A stretch of 64,000 nt of DNA from Bacteroidales bacterium. GTDB lineage: Bacteria > Bacteroidota > Bacteroidia > Bacteroidales > VadinHA17. This document shows, in pieces, positions 57,054 through 64,000 of the stretch. The stretch's first letter is position 1. Each line of letters starts with the position of its first letter. Location: the NCBI GenBank assembly GCA_024762655.1, contig JANTHB010000001.1, forward strand, positions 20,015-84,014, given 5' to 3'. Position numbers and translations under genes: made by a program. Below the pieces are notes generated by a model. That model was given only the letters and a program-made list of their open reading frames with translations. It did not search any database and was not told where the DNA came from.

Positions 57054-57515
57054 ATGAAAACAAAAACAATCGCTTTGGTAGCTCATGATAACCGGAAAGA
57101 GGACCTGCGGGAATGGGTTGCCTATAACTACAGGAAGCTATTGCCGAACAGGTTGGTTTGTACGGGGACCACCGGGAAACTGGTCAAGGAGACCATAGAA
57201 AAGAATCTGGAAGGGAAAGAGTCCATGGACTTTGATATAACCCTTTTAAAGTCAGGTCCTTTGGGCGGAGATCAGCAATTGGGGGCAATGATCGCTGAAG
57301 GGAAAATAGATATGGTCATTTTTCTCTGGGATCCCATGGAACCCCAGCCCCATGATGTAGATGTAAAAGCCCTCCTTCGCATTACGGTGCTGAATAATGT
57401 CCCTACGGCCAGTAACCGTTCTACAGCCGATTATATGATTACTTCACCCTTGTTTGAGTCGGATTACACACCTGTGTTAAAAGATTATTCTTCCTATATT
57501 AATCGCCCTCTGTAA
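57054..57515 (+). CDS. mgsA: Methylglyoxal synthase
   Basis: 153 aa. IALVAHDNRKEDL, CTGTTG and GPLGGDQQ motifs. Confidence 0.9.
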   Translation: MKTKTIALVAHDNRKEDLREWVAYNYRKLLPNRLVCTGTTGKLVKETIEKNLEGKESMDFDITLLKSGPLGGDQQLGAMIAEGKIDMVIFLWDPMEPQPHDVDVKALLRITVLNNVPTASNRSTADYMITSPLFESDYTPVLKDYSSYINRPL

Positions 57516-57651
57516 CAATATTTTTTATTTTGGATAAGACTGCTGGTTCCCTGGTGATGGAGCGCACCTATATGGTAACTGGTATTGAAGATGATAACCG
57601 AAAAGGAACAGAATATATTATTTTTTATAAATTGGCGGGTAAAATATTCCT

Positions 57652-59034
57652 ATGAATACAGCAGCGACTCTTTCCCAGCGTCTGGATGCCCTGTATGAGT
57701 TTGACCGGGAGCCGGTAACTGAAAATAAACTTCAGAGTATAGGCAATTTCCTGGGCATGTATGCCGGCGAGCACGTGGCCGGCACCGAATTTGTCATCGG
57801 GATGCTGTTCGTCGCTCACGGGGTATCTGTGACGGACATGTTCCTCGGAGGCCTTATCGGGAATATCCTGGCGGTCTTCAGTTGGGCTTTCCTGACGGCC
57901 CCTATTGCTGTAAAAAAACGCTTGTCGCTGTATTGGCAGTTGAAGAAGATTGCCGGACCGGTCCTGGTTTTTATCTACAATATTGTCAATGCCCTGATGT
58001 TTTGTTTTCTTGCCGGGGCGATGGTGGCGGTTTCTGCTACGGCTGTGGGGATTCCTTTTCACATCACCATGCCCACGCTCCAGGACCTGTTTCCTAACAG
58101 TGTAGGCTGGGTAATTACCGTTTTTGCGGTCGGGGCCGTGATCACGACCATGGCCATTCTCGGGTTTGATGCGCTGGCACGTTTTGCCAAGGTCTCGGCA
58201 CCCTGGATGTTTCTGATTTTTTTAGCGGCAGCCATTGCCGTGATGCCCAAGCTGGGGGTATATCCCGGTTCCGGCAATTTCTGGGAAGTGGCCCGGACCA
58301 AGATATGGACCGGTGTAGCGCTCAAGGGTCAGTCTCAGTTTACGATCTGGCATGTGATCTTCTTTACCTGGCTGGCCAATGCGGCCATGCACCTGGGCAT
58401 GTCCGACCTGACCATCCTGCGGTATGCTAGAAAATGGACCTACGGTTTTGCCTCGGCAGTAGGAATGTTCCTGGGACATTATGTGGCCTGGATCGCTTCC
58501 GGGATTCTCTATGCTGCCGCTCACTCCGACGCTCCGGGGGTGGTGGCGTATGAGGCCCTGGGCGTTTCAGGGGCTCTGGCTGTGGTGATCGCAGGCTGGA
58601 CCACCGCCAATCCCACCCTGTACCGTGCCGGCATGGCGCTGCAGGTAGCCTCCGGCTGGAGCCGCTGGAAGGTGACCCTGGTGGCCGGTCTGGTGACCAC
58701 CCTGGCTGCTCTCTTCCCCGCCCTGGTGATGCGGTTGCTCGATTTTGTGGCACTCTACGGGCTTATCCTGGTGCCTATGGGCGCTGTCATCTTTGTCGAT
58801 TTCTATCTGCTGCCCCGGATGGGCCTGGAAGATGATTATGCCGAAAGACACGGTTTGTTGTTTAACCAGGCTGCCGGATGGACCTGGTTCCTGATGCTCG
58901 CGGCAGCATTGGCTGCAAACCTTTACCTGCATATCGATCTTTTCTTCCTGCCTTTTCCGGTATGGCTTATGGCAGGATTTTTATACATTCTCTTTAGTAA
59001 GCTTTATCAAAAACCAAAAACCGTTGCAGCATGA
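57652..59034 (+). CDS. NCS1/purine-cytosine-permease-like transporter, substrate unknown
   Basis: 460 aa with ~12 predicted TMs. The N-terminal region (GNFLGMYAGEHVAGTEFVIG) resembles CodB-like permeases; assignment from memory. Confidence 0.5.
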   Translation: MNTAATLSQRLDALYEFDREPVTENKLQSIGNFLGMYAGEHVAGTEFVIGMLFVAHGVSVTDMFLGGLIGNILAVFSWAFLTAPIAVKKRLSLYWQLKKIAGPVLVFIYNIVNALMFCFLAGAMVAVSATAVGIPFHITMPTLQDLFPNSVGWVITVFAVGAVITTMAILGFDALARFAKVSAPWMFLIFLAAAIAVMPKLGVYPGSGNFWEVARTKIWTGVALKGQSQFTIWHVIFFTWLANAAMHLGMSDLTILRYARKWTYGFASAVGMFLGHYVAWIASGILYAAAHSDAPGVVAYEALGVSGALAVVIAGWTTANPTLYRAGMALQVASGWSRWKVTLVAGLVTTLAALFPALVMRLLDFVALYGLILVPMGAVIFVDFYLLPRMGLEDDYAERHGLLFNQAAGWTWFLMLAAALAANLYLHIDLFFLPFPVWLMAGFLYILFSKLYQKPKTVAA

Positions 59035-59213
59035 TAAAGATTGTTTTTAAGATTACGGCTATGGCAGGGTTGCTGCTGACACTTGTCCCTCCGGTATTAC
59101 GTTATATGGAAACCATGTCTGAAGAAGCTATGAAATCCTGGGTGCTGGTGGGAGCGGTGATCTGGTTTATCGGGGCAACCCCCTGGTTGGGAAAAAAGAA
59201 ATCCAATGTGTAA
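59031..59213 (+). CDS. Small two-TM membrane protein, translationally coupled to the permease
   Basis: 60 aa with two hydrophobic helices. The ATG overlaps the permease TGA (ATGA). Confidence 0.4.
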   Translation: MIKIVFKITAMAGLLLTLVPPVLRYMETMSEEAMKSWVLVGAVIWFIGATPWLGKKKSNV

Positions 59214-59226
59214 AAAAGAGAGAGTC

Positions 59227-60351
59227 ATGCAAATGGAACTCGAACAGCTGGTTGAAATCTCAAGATATTATGGAGCCAATCCGGATTATGTGATTGCGGG
59301 GGGAGGAAATACTTCCTGGAAGAATGATCGCTTTATATGGGTTAAAGCCAGTGGGGTGGCCATGGCTACCATTACGGTCGACGGTTTTGTACAACTGGAC
59401 AGGACCAGGTTGAAAGTTGTTGGAAAAAAGCAATACAGCCGGGATGTTCATAAACGGGAAGCGGAGGTAAAGGAAGACCTGATGGCGGCACGCGCTCATC
59501 CTAAAAAGGGCAAGCGTCCTTCGGTAGAGACCTCCCTGCATGATCTGATCGAGTACCCTTATGTGGTGCATACCCATCCCACGCTGGTCAATGTGTTGAT
59601 GTGTGCTCAACATGCTGAGGTGAAAACAAAAGAGCTGTTCGGGGAAGAAGCCTTGTTCGGCGATCACGGTGCCGGCTATTCCCTTTTCATAAACATGAAG
59701 GATGCGCTTAAAAGATACCGGAACAAATACGGGAGGGATCCACAGCTTATTTTTCTACGTAACCATGGCATTTTTGTCAGTGGTACGAGTACGGAAGAGA
59801 TCAGGCAACAGTATGACAAGGTGATGGGAACATTGAATGAGCTGATTAATGTTGAGAAGGAGGAAGAACTGCCCTTGCCGGAGAAAATGCCATTGATCCT
59901 GGATAAGATCCTGGATTTATCCGGAGGAAAGAAGGTCCTGTGCCGCCATAATACCCTGCACAGGTATTTTTACGGGAGCCGGGAATCATTCGGAAGGATC
60001 GCAAAGCCATTTACTCCGGATATCGTTGTCTATTGTGGATCAAATTACATCTATATTGACAAAGAGGATCCTGACGCGATCCTTGTAAGTCTGGAGAAGG
60101 AGTTTGAAGATTACAGAAAAAAATATAAAAAAGAGCCGAAAGTTATTTTGATAAAAGGTCATGGGCTTGTCGGATTGGGGGAAACGGAATCTTCTGCAAG
60201 GATCGTGCTGGATGTCTTTGAGGATTTTATGAAGATCAGCAAGTACACGGATATTTTTGGCGGTCCTCATCCACTTTCTGAAAAAGATATTGATTTTCTG
60301 GATCACTGGGAGGTGGAGCAGTACAGGAGAAAAATAGGAGAAGGTTTTTAA
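59227..60351 (+). CDS. Class II aldolase/adducin-family protein (YuxG/RhaEW N-terminal-like, no SDR domain)
   Basis: LVEISRYYGANPDYVIAGGGNTSWK N-terminus and VVHTHP metal motif. It is ~375 aa from the Met at 59227; the alternative start at 59206 overlaps the small ORF. Confidence 0.7.
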   Translation: MQMELEQLVEISRYYGANPDYVIAGGGNTSWKNDRFIWVKASGVAMATITVDGFVQLDRTRLKVVGKKQYSRDVHKREAEVKEDLMAARAHPKKGKRPSVETSLHDLIEYPYVVHTHPTLVNVLMCAQHAEVKTKELFGEEALFGDHGAGYSLFINMKDALKRYRNKYGRDPQLIFLRNHGIFVSGTSTEEIRQQYDKVMGTLNELINVEKEEELPLPEKMPLILDKILDLSGGKKVLCRHNTLHRYFYGSRESFGRIAKPFTPDIVVYCGSNYIYIDKEDPDAILVSLEKEFEDYRKKYKKEPKVILIKGHGLVGLGETESSARIVLDVFEDFMKISKYTDIFGGPHPLSEKDIDFLDHWEVEQYRRKIGEGF

Positions 60352-60372
60352 ATTACCCTCTCTTTAAGTGTT

Positions 60373-60390
60373 TCACGCAGATTTCGCAGA
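60373..60390. repeat. Inverted copy of the tctgcg(c)aaatctgcgtga motif
   Basis: tcacgcagatttcgcaga. Its reverse complement matches 38165-38183 with one indel. Confidence 0.7.
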
Positions 60391-60418
60391 TATAAGCAAA
60401 ACCTGTTCTTCTTCTGTT

Positions 60419-60444
60419 CAACGATCAACGATCAACGGTCAACC
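60419..60444. repeat. Heptanucleotide tandem repeat (caacgat x3.7) between convergent genes
   Basis: caacgat caacgat caacggt caacc, read directly. Confidence 0.8.
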
Positions 60445-60447
60445 TTC

Positions 60448-61443
60448 TTATAGTCCCGACAGATATTCATCTATCAGGTTTAGTTCTTCCCCGGAAAATC
60501 CGGTGTTTTCCATACATTTCATTGAGTCGAGCAGTTGTTCCTTATTACGGGCCCCGATAAGCACGGAGGTAACCCGCGGATCTTTGAGCACCCAGGAGAG
60601 GGCCATCTGGGCCAGGCTCTGACCCCGTTCTGCGGCCAGGTTATTCAGCTTGTTCAAAACCTCTACCAGTTTAGGGGTGATGGCTGATTTCTGCAGGAAC
60701 CCGTAGGGGCTGGCAGCTCTGGAGGTTTCCGGTATGTCTTTCAGGTATTTGTTTGTAAGCAGTCCCTGTGCCAGGGGGGAGAAAGCGATGCATCCGATGC
60801 CTTTTTCCTCCAGTGTGTTAAGCAATCCTTTTTCCACCCAGCGGTCGAGCATGGAGTAACGTGCCTGGTGGATCACACAGGGGGTGCCCAGTGATTGCAG
60901 GATTTCGGCAGCCCGGGCGGTGCTGTCCGGGTCATAATTGGAAATGCCGGCATAGATGGCTTTGCCCTGTTTGACAGCATGTGCCAGGGCTCCCATGGTT
61001 TCTTCCAGGGGGGTATCCGGATCAAAACGGTGGGAGTAAAAGATATCCACATATTCCAGTCCCATGCGTTTCAGGCTCTGGTCGAGGCTGGCCAGCAGGT
61101 ACTTCCTGGAACCCCACTCGCCGTAAGGCCCGTCCCACATCAGATAACCTGCTTTGGTGGAGATGATCAGCTCGTCACGATAGGGGGCCAGATCGTTTTT
61201 CAGGATCTTCCCGAAGTTTTCTTCGGCACTTCCCGGAGGAGGTCCGTAGTTGTTGGCCAGGTCGAAATGAATGATTCCCCGGTCGAAGGCGGTCAGGAGT
61301 GTTTCCCTGCCGGCCTCGAAGTCGTCCACATGGCCGAAGTTATGCCACAGCCCCAAAGAAACAGGGGGTAACAGTAAACCGCTGTTGCCGCTGCGGTTGT
61401 ATTGCGTATCTTTATATCTGTCAGGATTCGGATTGTATTTCAT
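60448..61443 (-). CDS. gpr: Aldo/keto reductase, L-glyceraldehyde-3-phosphate reductase (YghZ/Gpr)-like
   Basis: Near-colinear with my recollection of E. coli YghZ (LGLWHNFG, HFDLANNYGPPPGSAE, ELIISTKAGY.MWDGPYG.WGSRKYL.ASLDQSLKRMGLEYVDIF). The start is set at MKYNPNPDRY (61443) rather than the ORF-track 61470. Confidence 0.88.
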   Translation of the reverse strand: MKYNPNPDRYKDTQYNRSGNSGLLLPPVSLGLWHNFGHVDDFEAGRETLLTAFDRGIIHFDLANNYGPPPGSAEENFGKILKNDLAPYRDELIISTKAGYLMWDGPYGEWGSRKYLLASLDQSLKRMGLEYVDIFYSHRFDPDTPLEETMGALAHAVKQGKAIYAGISNYDPDSTARAAEILQSLGTPCVIHQARYSMLDRWVEKGLLNTLEEKGIGCIAFSPLAQGLLTNKYLKDIPETSRAASPYGFLQKSAITPKLVEVLNKLNNLAAERGQSLAQMALSWVLKDPRVTSVLIGARNKEQLLDSMKCMENTGFSGEELNLIDEYLSGL

Positions 61444-61559
61444 GGTTGTATTTATTAACGTTCGTTTCACAAAAATAATAAATTTAATATGAATTATTAC
61501 AGAGACGCGTTATGCAATTCCATCCTATTCCCTACCTTTACCCTGCAAACCAAAATGCC

Positions 61560-64000
61560 ATGCTAAAGGTCTATCATGCATCTGCCGGCACCGGCAAAAC
61601 ATTTACGCTGGTGCTGAACTACCTGACACTGTTACTGCGTGATCCGGACAAATACCGCCATATTCTCTCCGTTACATTCACCAATAAGGCTACCGCCGAA
61701 ATGAAGGAACGGATCATACGGGTTTTGTACGGACTGAGTCACCTGGGGACGGACCGTCCGGAAAACCGGAAAGAGACAGCGGAGGCCTGGCTTTATCTGC
61801 TGAACATGCCGGAGGAGTTGAAGAATGAGGACCGGGAAGTGATCCGCAAGAAGGCTTCCCGTGCCCTGCGGTGGATCCTGTATGACTATTCCTATTTCTC
61901 TGTTCAGACCATCGATAGTTTTTTTCAGCGGGTGCTCCGCGGTTTTGCCCGTGAGCTGAACCTGCGGTTTGGCTATAATATCGAACTCGATACGAGGACA
62001 ACGCTCGAAAGAGTGGTGGATCTGCTGCTGAAGGATGTCGGTGACAACCCGGTGCTGCTCGACTGGTTGGTGCGGTTTATGGATGATGTGAGCGAAGAAA
62101 CCGGTAAATGGGATGTAAGGAAACTGATCCTCGAGCAGGGACACCAAATCTTTTCGGAATCCTTTAAGATGATCCCTCCGGTGGTACTGCAACATATTAC
62201 CGGCAAAGAAGATGATTACCTGAAAAAATACCTGGACCGTCTGTATACCCTTATCCGGAGTTTTGAGGGGAAAATGAAAGATTACGGGGAGAGGGGCCTG
62301 GAGATCATATACGGAAATCATTTCTCGTTGGATGAGTTTACTTCGGGCAACAGGGGGCCTGCAGGGATCTTTCAGAAAATGACCGAACGGAATTATGTTT
62401 TCGGGATCCGTTTTCTGACGGCGCTGGACGACCCGGCCAAATGGCTGACAAAAGTCCGGCAGCAGGATCCGGAGCTGATGCGCCTGGTGCGGGAACACCT
62501 GCATCCGCTGGCCCGGGAAATGTATGCTTTTTTCAAAGCCCATTACGAAGACTATTATACGGCCCGGGCCATCCGTTCGCAGATTTACATCCTGGGAATC
62601 CTGGCTGACCTGAAAAACGGTTTGCTGCAGTGGATGAACAAAGAGAACCGCTTTCTCATCACCGAGGTAGGGCCTCTTATCCGTCAGATCATCGGCGACA
62701 ATGAGACCCCTTTTATCTATGAAAAGATAGGACAGTTCTATGAGCATTATATGATCGATGAGTTCCAGGATACCTCGAGGATCCAGTATGAAAACCTGAA
62801 GCCTTTGGTAATGAACAGTCTTTCTGCCGGGTATTTTTCTCTGATCGTAGGGGATATCAAACAGTCCATCTACCGCTGGCGCAACGGCGACTGGAAGATC
62901 ATGGGCAAGCAGTTGTACGGCGACTTTCAGCGTGAACAACTGGGAAAAAAGGTCTTGCGTGAGAACAACCGGAGCCATGCGTCCATAGTGCGGTTTAACA
63001 ATGTCTTTTTCAGAACAGCTCCGGATCATTTGTGGGATCTGTATGTGGATAGCTTCGGGGATTTTCTGAAGAAGAACCGGTATCTCGATTGGCCGGATCA
63101 TACTTTTCTGGAGGAAGCCGGGCTGCAGGATCAGAAAGAAAATCTGCTCGGGATATACAACGAAGAAGAGGTTGTGCAGAAAGTTCGTACGGACATGCCG
63201 TACGGTTATGTATATGTGAGCTTTCCGGAAAAAGTCAGGAAAGAGGAGTGGATGGAGCGGGTGATGGCGCAGGTGGCCGACAGGATCGGGAACCTGCTGA
63301 CGGAAGAGGGCTACCGGCCTGAGCAGATCGTATTGCTGGTGCGCACCAACGCCGAGGGAAGGGATATGATCCGTTATCTGCTCACACGGCAGCAGGAAGG
63401 CAGTACGGTAAGTTATCCCCTGGTGTCGGAAGACTCCCTCTTCCTGAACAGCTCGGAGACGGTACGTTTTATCGTGGCTTTCCTGCGGTATCTGTCCGAC
63501 CCGGAAGATGATCTGAATTTTGCCGTGCTGTGGCATCTGCACGACCGGCTGACGGGATATACGGGTAATCAGGAGCGACTGCCGGAATTTCACCTGAAAC
63601 AGATCGCCGGGATAAAAGGGGAAGATCGTATTCTGCTGATATCCGGCGTGACACACGAGTGGCTGATTCATTTGAACACCCTTCCCCTGACCGAAGTGGT
63701 TCAGGAGATCATCCGTTTTTTTGCTTTGGAAAAGAAAAAAGAGGAAGTGCCTTTTATCTATACCTTTCAGAATCATTTTCTGGATTTCGTAAACAGCCGG
63801 AGTGCTGCGCTGGCAGATTTTCTGACCTGGTGGGATGAGCAGGGGTGTACACAGTCGGTACAGATGCCGGAGGAGGTGGATGCTGTGCGGGTGATGTCTA
63901 TCCACAAAGCAAAAGGGCTGGGGGCGGAGGTGGTTATCATGCCTTTTGCCGACTGGAATTTTGAGCAGGTAAATACACGGACGGTCGTATGGTGCCGTCC
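61560..64000 (+). CDS. UvrD/Rep-family helicase, AddA/RecB-like (3'-partial, runs off the window)
   Basis: Hand translation of the plus strand gives MLKVYHASAGTGKTF (Walker A), FTNKATAEMKERI, DEFQDTS (Walker B), VGDIKQSIYRWRNGD and SIHKAKGL. It is absent from the ORF track because there is no stop before the window end. Confidence 0.88.
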   Translation, partial: MLKVYHASAGTGKTFTLVLNYLTLLLRDPDKYRHILSVTFTNKATAEMKERIIRVLYGLSHLGTDRPENRKETAEAWLYLLNMPEELKNEDREVIRKKASRALRWILYDYSYFSVQTIDSFFQRVLRGFARELNLRFGYNIELDTRTTLERVVDLLLKDVGDNPVLLDWLVRFMDDVSEETGKWDVRKLILEQGHQIFSESFKMIPPVVLQHITGKEDDYLKKYLDRLYTLIRSFEGKMKDYGERGLEIIYGNHFSLDEFTSGNRGPAGIFQKMTERNYVFGIRFLTALDDPAKWLTKVRQQDPELMRLVREHLHPLAREMYAFFKAHYEDYYTARAIRSQIYILGILADLKNGLLQWMNKENRFLITEVGPLIRQIIGDNETPFIYEKIGQFYEHYMIDEFQDTSRIQYENLKPLVMNSLSAGYFSLIVGDIKQSIYRWRNGDWKIMGKQLYGDFQREQLGKKVLRENNRSHASIVRFNNVFFRTAPDHLWDLYVDSFGDFLKKNRYLDWPDHTFLEEAGLQDQKENLLGIYNEEEVVQKVRTDMPYGYVYVSFPEKVRKEEWMERVMAQVADRIGNLLTEEGYRPEQIVLLVRTNAEGRDMIRYLLTRQQEGSTVSYPLVSEDSLFLNSSETVRFIVAFLRYLSDPEDDLNFAVLWHLHDRLTGYTGNQERLPEFHLKQIAGIKGEDRILLISGVTHEWLIHLNTLPLTEVVQEIIRFFALEKKKEEVPFIYTFQNHFLDFVNSRSAALADFLTWWDEQGCTQSVQMPEEVDAVRVMSIHKAKGLGAEVVIMPFADWNFEQVNTRTVVWCR

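Noticed and set aside
61512-61559. Upstream ATG (MQFHPIPYLYPANQNA...) as the helicase start.
   Set aside because: Homologues I recall begin a few residues before the Walker A motif (MLK.Y.ASAGTGKT). The 16 extra residues look non-conserved, so 61560 is preferred. This remains uncertain.
61632-63905. 757-aa ORF on the minus strand, the longest ORF in this part of the track.
   Set aside because: It is the antisense shadow of the plus-strand UvrD/AddA-like helicase gene. The plus-strand translation carries every helicase motif (AGTGKT, DEFQDT, VGDIKQSIYRWR, SIHKAKGL). The minus-strand product is a Q/H/P/R/F-rich low-complexity sequence with no recognisable motif.

Overview
This is a chromosomal window from a Bacteroidota genome. 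The assignment rests on a T9SS-type C-terminal sorting domain on a secreted S8 protease, TAnnTTTG -7 promoter motifs, and the gene repertoire. I can support about 49 protein-coding genes, including two truncated ones and one gene running off the 3' edge, plus one tRNA (anticodon CAT). I found no rRNA, no CRISPR array and no intact mobile element. Positions 1-30 kb are mostly housekeeping: xseA/xseB, dnaK, panB, cdd, fmt, ribBA, nnr, an LptF/G permease and GT2/GT4 glycosyltransferases. Two oddities sit there: a cNMP-binding domain fused to aspartase, and two tandem TPR histidine kinases wedged between xseA and xseB. Positions 31-42 kb carry peptide catabolism genes (PepD, DPP4-like S9 peptidase; a POT transporter lies at 25.6 kb). 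They also carry a glycyl-radical enzyme that looks like trans-4-hydroxy-L-proline dehydratase, paired with an unusually minimal activase. Positions 43-61 kb look accessory and rearranged. They hold a double BNR/sialidase-like protein and a corrinoid protein with a RACo-type reductive activase; an MtaA/URO-D-family methyltransferase lies 5.4 kb further on. Between and beyond them are a 5'-truncated Y_Y_Y sensor ending in an IS1595-type zinc-ribbon/HTH module, GH78-like and GH140-like hydrolases, a truncated rhaT, a PIG-L deacetylase, mgsA, a permease, an aldolase and gpr. The best candidate for something undescribed is the orphan corrinoid methyl-transfer module sitting among glycan-active genes. 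Several long intergenic regions (30.96-31.83 kb, 42.26-43.0 kb) are packed with hairpins. C-depleted short-period tandem repeats sit directly after stop codons. All calls come from reading the ORF translations and the DNA by eye; no searches were run.
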